A stretch of 64,000 nt of DNA, from contig OZ024765.1 in assembly GCA_964016885.1 (NCBI GenBank), positions 3,596,001 through 3,660,000 of the forward strand, written 5' to 3'. Every line of letters begins with the position of its first letter. The first letter of the stretch is position 1. The position numbers and the translations under genes were made by a program. Of this stretch, positions 27,258 through 40,772 are shown piece by piece. The notes beneath the pieces are model-generated. The model was given only the letters and a program-made list of their open reading frames with translations, searched no databases and was not told the DNA's origin. The stretch is from Eledone cirrhosa. Its lineage: Eukaryota.

Positions 27258-27522
27258 ATCATCATTGCGAACTCCGTCGAACATTCCTGAAAAAGTTTCT
27301 CCACAATTCACGATTTTCCATTGCACCTGGCAACTGCGCCTAACAGAGTTTTGTGTTATCTGAGTGTTGATTGATGAAGGTTCAAGCAGGTCTTCCTCTA
27401 TTGCAATACCTGTCTGTTGGTTTCCACAATAGTAGCTATAATTCGCTGCTAACTGCTCCAGCAAAGCCATGCAAATCGTAACTGTCTTTGAGCAATTGCA
27501 GTTGTTGGCGCCAGTTTATGCA
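27258..27522 (-). mobile_element. Degenerate RTE LINE 3' fragment
   Basis: [28 protein letters not shown] across frameshifts; (GAT)n tail. Confidence 0.6.
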
Positions 27523-27524
27523 TT

Positions 27525-28966
<1,442 letters not shown>

Positions 28967-29170
28967 TGAGGGTCAGCTGCAAAGTTCATATGCTGACCCA
29001 GAAACTCTCATGGAATGATCAAATGAGGTTTATCTTTTCAACATAGTCCCTGGAAAGAAACAATTCAGTTATTAATAAGAAAAGTTGAAATTAATACATG
29101 TAAGATTTCACAGCTTTCACTAGCATTATCCCTTTATAGTCACCCTGTGAATTTTTTAGCCCACCCTGAT
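28967..29170. mobile_element. Mariner-type MITE
   Basis: Imperfect TIRs TGAGGGTCAGCTGCAAAGTTCATATGCTGAC / GTCACCCTGTGAATTTTTTAGCCCACCCTGA within TA. Confidence 0.55.
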
Positions 29171-29319
29171 ATACACACAAACACACATACATACATATGG
29201 CGCAATGAAAAATTAGGTTATATTCAGAATTGGCAGACACTCTCCAAAGAATGAGTTGGGTATAGAAGTAATTTCATAATTACCAAACAATACTTGAAAG
29301 CATGCGTTTCACCTAAAGA

Positions 29320-29790
29320 GACGACTTTTAGACATCCTGACAAGCGATCGACCATGAAACTAGCAAGCCATGTATGGTCAGTCAATGAAGTGGACATGAA
29401 CTTCGCCATCAAATGGAAAATCCTCAAGAAATTTGGAGACCATATGTAAATGGATCTAAGGCCTGCTGATTTTCCTATGATGAAAGATCAAATATCTTAC
29501 TGATGCTACACAAGATCATTTGCCTTAACACGAGAGCTGATCTTTTCAACTGCTGTCCCCATGTCGCAAAACTTTTGTTACATAGATGGAATGATCCAGA
29601 TGACCAGATACTTGACATTATGGACTCCTTCAGCCCAAACTATCGTTCTTCAAAAGTTGTCTACCATACAACAGTTTAATGGCGTGAAAACTAGCCTCGT
29701 CTGGACAGAATCCTTCCTGTTCACATCATAACCATATCCAAACTGATAATCCTCTTTAGGTGAAACGAGTGTTCTCAAGTATGGTTTGGT
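29320..29790 (+). mobile_element. Degenerate second-family Penelope-like endonuclease C-terminus plus 3' region
   Basis: FRHPDKRSTMKLASHVW..FAIKWKIL..PYVNGSKAC*..LNTRADLFNCCPH; decayed hammerhead-like motif at 29738-29789. Confidence 0.6.
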
Positions 29791-31064
29791 AATTTTTCTG
29801 AAATCAACTCTCTCTTCTGATTTATATATAAATAAACATATATATATATAAATCAGAAGAGAGTTGATTTCAGAACAATAAATGGACAATTTCATTCTTT
29901 ACATCCAATATACTTTAGGAAAGCCGAAAGGGAATAATAAATGTTTTTTCTATATATTGATAATTTAACTTTCAGCACGCTGAAATATTTTATGAACTGC
30001 CTCCCTTGACAATGCATCATGTATTAAGGGGACGTTATTCTAGTCGCAGAAAGCACGTGAAAGATTAAGTGTAATAGAGAGGGTTTGGAGGGAAACAGTG
30101 AACACAATAAAACCCCAGCACACCACTGGTATTTATTATATTTTATTGTTTCCTGAGGGAACTGAACATAGAACACAAGTGAAATGAAATAGAATCCCAC
30201 AAGTTGTAGTTGTCTAAGTCTGTTCTAAGCTGAAGGCTCATTAGGCCGGTGCTTATCCCCGGTTTCCTTGACGTTAAGCAACAGAGTAATGGACAGGACA
30301 TGATCTATCGAAGGATTACCTCCCCAGCTACTGCTGGTACTCAATGTCAGCTGAATGCACTGGAGCAGGCCCGTGTTTATCTCTTGTTTCCTTGACTTCA
30401 AGCAACAGAGTGTACAAGACTCTCCCTGGAGAAGACACCAATCTATCACAGGATTAGCTCCCCAGCTACTATTGATTCTCACTCTCAGCGGAACGTACTG
30501 GAGCAGGCCAAGTTTCCTTGGCTTCAAGCAACAGAGTGTACGAGACTCTCCCTGGATAGGACGCCGGGTCATATTGTTAAACTGTCCCAAGCCCAAAGAC
30601 TCATTAGGCCAGTGCTTTTACCCAGTTTCCTTGGCGTTAAGCAACCGAGTGTACAAAACTCCCTGGACAGGACGCTAGTACATCACATTGTTAAAACTCT
30701 CTCTCTCAAGCCTGAAGGCTCATCAGGCCAGTGATATCCCTAGTTTCCTTGGCGTTAAGCAACCGAGTGTACAAAACTCCCTGGATAGGACGTTAGTACA
30801 TCACATTGTTAAAACTCTCTCTCTCAAGCCTGAAGGCTCATCAGGCCAATGATATCCCTAGTTTCCTTGGCGTTAAGCAACTTAGAATACAAGACCCTCC
30901 CTGGACAGGGCACCAGTCTATCACAGGATAAAGTTCCCAGCTACTGTTGGTACTCATTCTCAACTGAGTGTACTGGAGCAAGAATCAAACCAAAGACATT
31001 ACAATCACACGTCAAGCACCCTGTCAGGCCATGCGGCTTCATGCAGTGGTAGTACATGTAGTAA

Positions 31065-32460
31065 TAGTTTCTAATTTAGGAACAAAGGCAACAATTTGGG
31101 GGGAAAGGTGGGGAGGGGTCGAATATGATGAACCTCAGTAGGTTACTGGTACTTTATTTTATCAACTCTGGAAGGATGAAAAAGCAAAGTTGACCATGGT
31201 GGGATTTGAACTCAGAAAGTAAAGAGGTAGTGTTAAGCAATTTGAGAGGAGGGGAAAGTCGATTGAAACGACCCCAGCGCGTTACTGGTACTTTAATTTT
31301 TTAATCCTGTAAGGATGAAAGGTAAAGTTGACCTCGGCAGGATTTGAACTCAGAAAGTAAAGGGCCGTAACTTTGAAGTCAGAAAGTAAAGGGCCGTAAC
31401 TTTGAACTCAGAAAGTAAAGAGCTAGTGCTAAGCAATTTGAGAAGGGAAAGTCGATTGAAACGACCTCAGCGCGTTACTGGTACTTTAATTTATTAATCC
31501 TGTAAAGATGAAAGGTAAAGTTGACCTCGGCAGGATTTGAACTCAGAAAGTAAAGGGCCGTAACTATATGCCGTAAAGAATGGTGTCCAACGCTCTACCG
31601 ATTCTGCCAATCCACTGCCTTATATAATAATTTCTTTCTTTGTCACAAGGGCCTACAAATAGGGGTAGCTTCTACACTTGGTACTAGGAGACCAGTGATT
31701 AAGAACGGAGGGAAAAGTTGATTATATCAACTCCAGTGCATGACTGGTATTTTATTTTATCGACCCCGTAAGGATTGAAAGGCAAAGTTGACCTCGGCAG
31801 GATTTGAACTCAGAACGCAAAGGGATGTAGCTAAATACTGCAAAGCATATTGACCGACCTTCTGATTCTGCCCAAGTCGCTGTCCTTTTGGCACAATGCC
31901 ATCAATTACCCCAGTACATTACTGGTACTTTATCTTAAGTTAAGCTCGGCGGGATTTGAACTCAGAACGTAAGGGGACGCAACTCTGCCGCAAAGCATGG
32001 CGTTCGACCCTCTACCGATACTGCCAATCCACCCACCCACCCTTCTGTCCTTAAATAACAATAATAGTTTCTGCTTTAAGCACAAGGCCAGCAATCTGAA
32101 GGGGAGGGGGAAAGTCGATTAAATCAACCCCAGTGCACTACTGGTACTTTATTTATCAACCTCGGAATGATGAAAGGCAAAGTTGACCTCGGCGGGATTT
32201 GAACGCAGAGTGTAAAGGGCCTTAACTCTACATTGCAGAGCATATCGTCCAACGCTCTACCGATATTGCCAAACCACTGCTCTTTAATAAGAATTTCTAA
32301 TTTAGGCAGAAGACCAGTAATTTTGAAGGGGTAGCGAGAAAAGGGAGAGGGAGGAGAGAAAGGAAAAGGTCAATTATATCGAACCCTCGCATCTGACTGG
32401 TACCTCATTTTATCAACTCCAGAAGCCGGTAAAATAAAGTATAAAGCTGACCTTAGTGGG
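31065..32460 (-). mobile_element. Cluster of about 7 copies of tRNA-derived SINE family B
   Basis: Repeated GAGTTCAAATCC B box plus GCCTTTCATCCTTNCGGGGTCGATAAAATAAAGTACCAG (resembles the Meta/MESC SINE central domain); further copies at 37390, 39690, 44290(+), 46470-47320, 51230-51625, 60810 and 61310. Confidence 0.8.
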
Positions 32461-32572
32461 ATAGATGATGATGATGCTGATAATTATTAGATTAGTATGA
32501 TAATGATGGTGGGGTGGTGGTGGTGGTACATTTTTGCAGGAAGATCTCCCTCTACACTTCATTCTTGGGTTA

Positions 32573-32681
32573 TTATACTTTCATACCAAACAGCTTACCA
32601 TAGCCTCCTCGGCCTTCATCGTAATCTTTTCTGTACTCATCTCGCACCTGTCAAGAGAAACAAATAGACATGCATAAATAC

Positions 32682-32758
<77 letters not shown>

Positions 32759-33040
32759 CCAAATCAACCTTTTCAAATACAAGTCGATGTTGTTACGGTA
32801 TGTCGAATCTATTTATCTATAAAACTGTTTATATTGTATTTTGTCTGAGGAAGGCATAGCATATTGTTAATATGATATCCCCGAAATATATATAGTGAAA
32901 TAAATATGGTTTTATAAATATAGTTTCCATTTATTTAATATCGTTTAATATCGTAAATATACTCCAAATATTTGTCGAGTGCTTTATATCAGTTATAAAT
33001 ATTTACTAGTTGTAACCCAACAATTTAAATATAACTTTCC

Positions 33041-33075
<35 letters not shown>

Positions 33076-36000
33076 CATAAATGGAGGCACATGGCTTAGT
33101 GGTTAGAGCATTGGCTTTGCAATCGAAAGGTTGTGAGTTCAATTCTCAGACCGGGTGATGTGTTATTTGTGACACTTTATTTCACATTGCTCCAGTTTTC
33201 TCAGCTGTAGAAAGGAGATGATAGGGACTGGGGTCCCTATCATTCCACTGCAAAAAAGCACCCAGCACTCACTGTAAATGAGGTTGGTGTTAGGAAGGGC
33301 ATCCAGCTGTAGAAATCAAGCCAGAATCAGTTCCCGTCCCACCCTTGCAAGCAGGGAAAAGCGGACGTAAAATGATGATGATGATGATAGACACATATAT
33401 ACAGTGTACCCCCCGCATTCGTGGACCTAATAATTGTTGATGGAAACCAACACTGTAAAGTGGTTGTGTAGGTGTCACGACAAAAATCACACCCCCACTG
33501 TAAAGTGATTGTGCAGGAGTCTCGATAACAAGCACCCAGCCCACACTGTAAAGTGGTTGTGTAGGTGTCACAACAACAAGCAACGAGCCCACACTGTAAA
33601 GTGGTTGTGTAGGTGTCACAACAACAAGCACCGAGCCCACACTGTAAAGTGGTCGTGTAGGTGTCACAACAACAAGCACCGAGCCCACACTGTAAAGTGG
33701 TTGTGTAGGTGTCACAACAAAAATCACCCAGCCCACACTGTAAAGTGGTTGTGTAGGTGTCATGACAACAAGCACCGAGCCCACACTGTAAAGTGGTCGT
33801 GTAAAAGACACAGCAAAAAGCCCCTACCATTCTATCACAAGTTATGGGACCATACACACAAAGATAATACCAGTGTAGTACTGGGATCGATTCTTCCACT
33901 ACCTCTCTTTCTAATTTCCTCTCTCTCTGGAAGAAATCTAGTATACTCAGGCCTGGAGAGATGATCTCCGACTGGCTCAAAATGCCCAAGAAACGCTATA
34001 ATTCACTACAGCACTTCTATGACTCCGTCAGGAGTTATGGGACCATACCATAGGAGGAGGAAAGGCAAAACTAACCTCAGAAAGTGAAGGGCTGTAACTC
34101 TGAAACAAAGCATGTTGTACAACGCTCTGCCGATACTGCCAATTGATCGCCTTAGGGAAAAAGGAATATTAACATAATCCGAAGAAAACCACTTACCTGA
34201 CCACCGGATTTCCCTCGGCCATACTGTCTTCCTTCCTGGAAGCCGGCATCCCAGTCCGTACGTATGATGCGGTCATCCAGTCGTGTGGCGTTGACGTACC
34301 TCATTGCATGCTCAGCATCTCCTCGTTCATAGTATCTGGGTTTTATGGTCAAGGAAGACCAGAAGAAAAAAAAAAAAAAAGAGGCAGGAAATACTACAGG
34401 ACACGACGGTCATCTAGTTGTTGGTCATCTGTTGTTGTTCATCATCATCATCATCAGGTTTAGAGTCCGTGTTCCACGCTTGCATGGGTTTGGACGGGGG
34501 TTTTCCCACTTGAGGCAAGAGTGGTTGTCTTGCTCGCATAGGACTGTCTGGCAGGTTTTCTACAGCTGGATGCCCTTCCTAACACCAACCACATTTACAG
34601 TGTGGGGCTGGGAGGTTTTTACCGTGTTGCCTACACGGCCACATTACAGCGTGGACTGTCTGGCGGGTTTTCTACAGCTGGATGCCCTTCCTAACACCAA
34701 CCACATTTACAGTGTGGGGCTGGGAGGTTTTTACCGTGTTGCCTACACGGCCACATTACAGCGTGGACTGTCTGGCGGGTTTTCTACAGCTGGATGCCCT
34801 TCCTAACACCAACCACATTTACAGTGTGGGGCTGGGAGGTTTTTACCGTGTTGCCTACACGGCCACATTACAGCGTGGACTGTCTGGCGGGTTTTCTACA
34901 GCTGGATGCCCTTCCTAACACCAACCACATTTACAGTGTGGGACTGGGAGGTTTTTACCGTGTTGCCTACACGGCCACATTACAGCGTGGACTGTCTGGC
35001 GGGTTTTCTACAGCTGAATGCCCTTCCTAACACCAACCACATTTACAGTGTGGGGCTGGGAGGTTTTTACCGTGTTGCCTACACGGCCACATTTACAGCG
35101 TGGACTGTCTGGCAGGTTTTCTACAGCTGGATGCCCTTCCTAACACCAACCACATTTACAGTGTGGGACTGGGAGGTTTTTACCGTGTTGCCTACACGGC
35201 CACATTACAGCGTGGACTGAGTGTTTTTTTGTCGTGACACCTACACGATCTCATTTGTTTCGGCCTGGATGTTGTGGGACCAACATAACTTTACATTGAA
35301 AGGGGCGGTGTGGATGGGGTGGAGGTGGTGGGACGGAGGTGTGTTTTGATAGAGATGCCTACTGACTGTAGTAGGTTTTTACTTTGTTGTTGTTATTATT
35401 TACTAGCTGGTCAATGCTGAGTGAAGGTGTACGGCCTCGTGGTGTGCTGAACTTACAATCATTAGGCAACGTGTCTTCACATATTGAGCACACCGAGACA
35501 ATGTTTTGAAGGAGCCATAATGTCAAATACTTTGGAGGCATGTGGGGTAGGGGCTTAATTTCAGGAAAAGAGATTTTTTTCCTTATATTAACTCTTTAAT
35601 ATTTACATTACTCTATATATACTATTGTATTTTCACAGTAAAGGCTTTACCTCACATAATATCTCACATAACATTTACATTACTCTATATATACTATTGT
35701 ATTTTCACGGTAAAGGCTTTACCTCACATAATATCTCACATAACATTTACATTACTCTATATATACTATTGTATTTTCACAGTAAAGGCTTTACCTCACA
35801 TAATATCTCACATAACATTTACATTACTATATATATACTATTGTATTTTCACGGTAAAGGCTTTACCTCACATTACATTTACATTACTCTATATATACTA
35901 TTGTATTTTTGTGGTAAAGGCTTTACCTTACATAATTATCTCACATAATATTGAATGAGAATTTGATATTTATTTTGAGAACAATACCATAACATAAGCA

Positions 36001-38095
36001 TGAGTAGCAAGTTACAGCTGGTTTGAGTAGAAAGAGGTGAGAGAATTCTGGCCAGATACAGCCAGTTTAAATGCTAAAGAATAAAACTGGTGCTTGGAAC
36101 TTAAATGTTTTTACATAGAATTATGATGAAAGGTTTTTAAACATAAATATGAGCAGCCAATTTGAACAGAAAGAGGTGTGAGACTTCTGACCAGATATGG
36201 CCGGTTTAAATGACAACGCTGATATAGATAAAGGATACTCGACAAAACAGAAGCCACAAGGGGTCCTACTATTTTTATCCAAGCCCATCACAATTCGTTT
36301 GACATCCCCACATCGACTGAAGAGTTCATGGATTTGCTCTTCTGTGGTGTAGAAGGACATATTACCAATGTATAGGGTGGTGCTGAGCACCAGCGCTCGG
36401 TCCTGTTCATCTCGGCTACCCTGGAGAAGAGAGAGAGAGAGAGAATGAAGAATAGATACACACACAGATTGATGGTTGATATTTAGTTCCAGGTCAGCGT
36501 GGCCTGGTGGTAAGGGTGTTCGACTTAAGATCATAATGTATATATACTACAGCTGTATAGCTACAAATATGGTGTACACCAGGCCCGTGAAACATACGGC
36601 CTTTTAAAAGCACACCTGCGGCCCGCACGAAGGTTTTTACACCGCGAGCATGTTTTATCTTCGTAAAATTAGTTGTAATGCGTGGCCCTCAGACAACACA
36701 TGTGACCCTCGGATAACACATGACCCATGTGGCTCTCGGACAACACACATGGCCCATGTGACCCTCAGACAACACATATATGGCCCATGTGGCCCTCGGA
36801 AACACATATATGACCCATGTCGCCCTCGGACAACACATATGACCCATGTGGCCCTCAGACAACACATATATGGCCCATGTGGTCCTCGGACAACACATAT
36901 GACCCATGTGGCCCTCAGACAACACATATGACCCATGTGGCCCTCAGACAACACATATATGACCTATGTGACCCTCAGACAACACACGTGACCCATGTGG
37001 CCCTCAGACAACACACATGTGACCCATGTGGACCTCAGTCAACACATGTGACCCATGTGGTCCTCGGGGGACCCTCAGTTTGACATGCCTGGTCTCCATA
37101 ATATAGTTGTACAACATGGTGTATATATATTATAAACACCATATTTGTATATTATATAGGTGTACAACATGGTGTATAAATATTCGTGTATATTCTACAG
37201 TTGTATAGCTACAAATATGGTGTGTATATAGTTGTACATAGTATATACATATACAAATTATGGCGTATATATATTATATACTACAGTTGGATAGCTACAA
37301 ATATGATGTATATAATACAGTTCTACATCGTGTATATGCTATAGTTGTGGTGTATATAATATAGTTGTACAACATCGTGTATATATACATAATTGTTTCT
37401 ACGTTAGGCACAAGGCCAGCAATTATCCCAGTGGATTACTGGTACTTTATTTTATCGACCCTGTAAGGATGAAAGGCAAAGTTAACCTCGGCGGGATTTG
37501 AACACAGACCGTAAAGGGCCGTAACTCTATGCAGCAAAGCATGGCGTCCGACCTTCTACCGACACTGCCAATCCACCGCCAAGTATATATACATAATGTA
37601 TATATACTAGCATATATACATAATTGTTTCTATTTTTAGGCACAAGGCCAGCAATTACTCAGTACATTACTGGTACTTTATTTTATCGACCTGGTAAGGA
37701 TGAAAGGATACATATATATATATACTAGTATATATACATAATGTATAGCTACAAACATCGTGTATATGCTAGAAATATGATGTATATATATACATCATCG
37801 TGTACAAATAGTTATATATATATACTACAGGTGTATATGCTACATATAGGGTGTATATAATATAGTTATACATCATGTATATATACTACAAATATGGTGT
37901 ATATAATATAACTGTACATCACATCGTGTATATATACACCATACAGTATATATGCCACAAACACGGTATATATAATATAGGGATTAAAAATTATGTCTAT
38001 ATGTCTCTACGTACCTTGAAATGTTGGTCCCTGTAAAGCCCTAAAGCTATGGAACCACAGGGTTTCCTTTTATCAACAACAATAGTGGCAGACAT
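32573..38095 (-). CDS. NCBP2: Nuclear cap-binding protein subunit 2 (CBP20), 158 aa; coding exons 38095-38015, 36420-36239, 34335-34197, 32647-32573
   Basis: Spliced translation MSATIVV..YRDQHFK|[48 protein letters not shown]|[32 protein letters not shown]|[18 protein letters not shown]; all intron phases join. Confidence 0.97.
32838..32901 (+). ncRNA. Type-I hammerhead motif (degenerate stem I), antisense within NCBP2 intron 3
   Basis: ATTTTGT-CTGAGGA-stem II (CATATT/AATATG)-GAAA-TATATA-TA-GTGAAAT. Confidence 0.5.
33082..33375 (+). mobile_element. SINE family A in NCBP2 intron 3
   Basis: A/B boxes and (ATG)n tail. Confidence 0.85.
34336..36238 (-). other. NCBP2: U12-type (minor spliceosome) GT-AG intron of NCBP2, 1903 nt
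   Basis: 5' splice site GTATCCTTT at 36238; branch site TTCCTTGAC at 34356-34348, 12 nt from the terminal CAG; no polypyrimidine tract after the branch site. Confidence 0.95.
34548..35218. repeat. 112-bp tandem repeat (about 6 copies) inside a LINE 3' UTR copy
   Basis: ORF starts recur at 34682, 34794 and 34906; the flanks match the LINE 3' UTR at 55866-56225. Confidence 0.9.
36580..37091. mobile_element. hAT-type MITE with an internal minisatellite of about 30 bp, in NCBP2 intron 1
   Basis: Ends CAGGCCCGTGAAAC / GTTTGACATGCCTG; unit GACCCATGTGGCCCTCAGACAACACATAT; TSD degenerate. Confidence 0.55.
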
Positions 38096-39220
38096 CGTGA
38101 AAAATTAATGAGAGACGTGGGAAAAGAGTTGTTATGAAAGATATTCACTGCGGTACTACACTTGATTGGGGGGGGGGGGTACTTAAAGTTTTTAAATCTA
38201 GACAAAATATTAAATATACAAAAATTTAATCCCGATAAAATATTAAGTAACTAAACATTTAATCACGCCAAAATATTAATCAAATAAACATTTAATCCCG
38301 TCGAAATATTAAATAAGTAAACATTTAATCCCGACAAAATATCAAATAAATAATAATTTGTCGAAATTTTAATAAATTATTAAATAAGTAAAGATTTAAT
38401 CCCGACAGTATATTAAATGAGAAAATTTGTTAAAATAAAAAAAATATGATTGATTATTTTAAAAATGTGGGGGGAAAAAAGGTTTTATGAAAGATATTCA
38501 CTTCGGTACTACACATGAGGAGGGGGGCTACTTTAAATTTAATCCCGACAAAATATTAAATAAGTACAAATTTGTGGAAAAAAAATATTACCGGCTATTT
38601 TTAAAAGAAAATAATAATTTCTTATGTTCCAGATAAATATGTTAGCTGAATATGTTAGAATACAATTTTATAAAACTGACAAAACATATTCGTTACATCT
38701 TTAAAAAATGTCGCCGGTTGTTTAAAAATTAAAAAAATTGAAAAGAATTATTTAATCATCTATTAAGAATACAATTTACAAAACTGACAAAAATAATTTT
38801 TGTTGGACCTTTTTAAAAAAAAATCATCGGCTATTTATAAAAAAAAATTCAAAGAATATAATTTACAAAATTGACAATAGTATAAAAAATAGTATCATCA
38901 GCTATTAAAAAAATATTTGATTAATTATTTATTTAAAAAAATTAACATAAACCGACAAAAAAGATCGAAAGAAAGAAAAACGCAATACAAGTATATTAAC
39001 TGCGGGATTAAATGTTTCTGTATATGTTTGTATACAAATATATATATGTATATATATTTGTATACAATATATATATGGTGTGTTGAAAACTTTGATTTAA
39101 GAGATTTATTATAACCAAAGACGTATCAAAAGTGAGCATCCTTTTTAATCAGACCTAATGTTATATACGACTGTTGTTTGATAAATCTCTATATTTAAAC
39201 CACGGAAAAGGCGAGTAAGA
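38096..39220. promoter_or_regulatory. Probable divergent NCBP2/PIGZ promoter region
   Basis: TE-free AT-rich stretch between head-to-head genes; 30-bp motif duplicated at 38132-38161 and 38485-38514; repeated TTTAATCCCGACAAAATATTAAA. Confidence 0.45.
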
Positions 39221-39809
39221 GTATGATTTCAGTTAGCTGCTATTTCTAGCAAATTGAGCGACCACTTAGATGATGCTCCTGTGGACAAATACTGTATCTG
39301 TGTATATATATATACACACACACATATATATGAAATATATATATATATAGTATATGTTTTTATATACACACACACATATATATATATATACAGGGCCTAA
39401 AAAAACTCTCTGGAGAGCTGGACAGCAAGTCCGCAGAGAAGAAACCCATCTTAAGCAAGTATTTTGGGGAACCACAGAATGCGAGGAATTTATGATGGAT
39501 ACAGAGTGGATTAGATGTTTTTTGTTGTGTTACCAGCTCTACCACTTTACAGGGTTGACTGGGTGCATTTTGTTGTCACCTGCACTACCAACTTATAGGG
39601 TGGACTGGGTACTTTTTGTCATGGCACCAGCATAACAACCACGTTAGACAGTGGACTTATAATGTTGGTTAGAACTAATAATTGTACCTACTTTTGGCAC
39701 AAGGCCAGCAATTACCCAGTACATTACTGGTACTTTATTTTATCGACCCCGTAAGGATGAAAGGCAAAGTGAACTCAGTTGGTTATAACTAATAATGTTG
39801 GTTACAATT

Positions 39810-40635
39810 GATAATAATTGTTGTGTACAGTGCTCAGGTGCACTACAACTCATTAAAAGTGTATGTATAGCACATAGAATAAGGTACAAATGTCAGGAAA
39901 GTGAACAATGTATGAGTCATAATATACATACAGATGCGTGTGTATGGAGGGGGAATATCAGGTGTAGTGTTAGTGAATTTTGGGAGGGAAGCATGGAGGT
40001 TTTATAGGATGCAGTGTCTCAACAGCCAACAACTGATGCAGGTAGTTTGTTCCATGGAGGTTTTAAAGGATGCAGTGTCTCGACAGCTAACAACTGATGC
40101 AGGTAGTTTGTTCCATGGAGGTTTTAAAGGATGCAGTGTCTCGACAGCTAACAACTGATGCAGGTAGTTTGTTCCATGGAGGTTTTGAAGGATGCAGTGT
40201 CTCGACAGCTAACAACTGATGCAGGGAGTTTGTTCCATGGAGGTTTTAAAGGATGCAGTGTCTCGACAGCTAACAACTGATGCAGGGAGTTTGTTCCATG
40301 GAGGTTTTAAAGGATGCAGTGTCTCGACAGCTAACAACTGATGCAGGTAGTTTGTTCCATGGAGGTTTTGAAGGATGCAGTGTCTCGACAGCTAACAACT
40401 GATGCAGGTAGTTTGTTCCATGGAGGTTTTAAAGGATGCAGTGTCTCAGCAGCTAACAACTGATGCAAGTAGTTTGTTCCATGGAGGTTTTAAAGGATGC
40501 AGTGTCTTGACAGCTAACAACTGATGCAGGTAGTTTGTTCCATGGAGGTTTTAAAGGATGCAGTGTCTTGACAGCTAACAACTGATGCAGGTAGTTTGTG
40601 CCATGCTTCAGCAACTCTGAGCGTGAAAAAAATGT
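39810..40635 (-). mobile_element. CR1/L2-like LINE 3' end carrying about 10 copies of the same 61-bp unit as 13163-14531
   Basis: Minus strand FFTLRVAEAWHKLPASVVSC..ASFKTSM; 3' UTR matches 14530-14720. Confidence 0.85.
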
Positions 40636-40772
40636 CTAATAATGTTGGTTATTTTTGATAATGGAGGCTATGTCGTATAATGTTGGTTATGTCTGATAAT
40701 GTTATCTATGACTGATAATCTTGTTTTTCTCTCCCTTTACAGGGCACTGGTATATCCTGTGACCATCCCTCA

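Noticed and set aside
38096-40742. NCBP2AS2-like small ORF between NCBP2 and PIGZ
   Set aside because: No ORF with recognisable similarity was found; TBLASTN would be needed to exclude it
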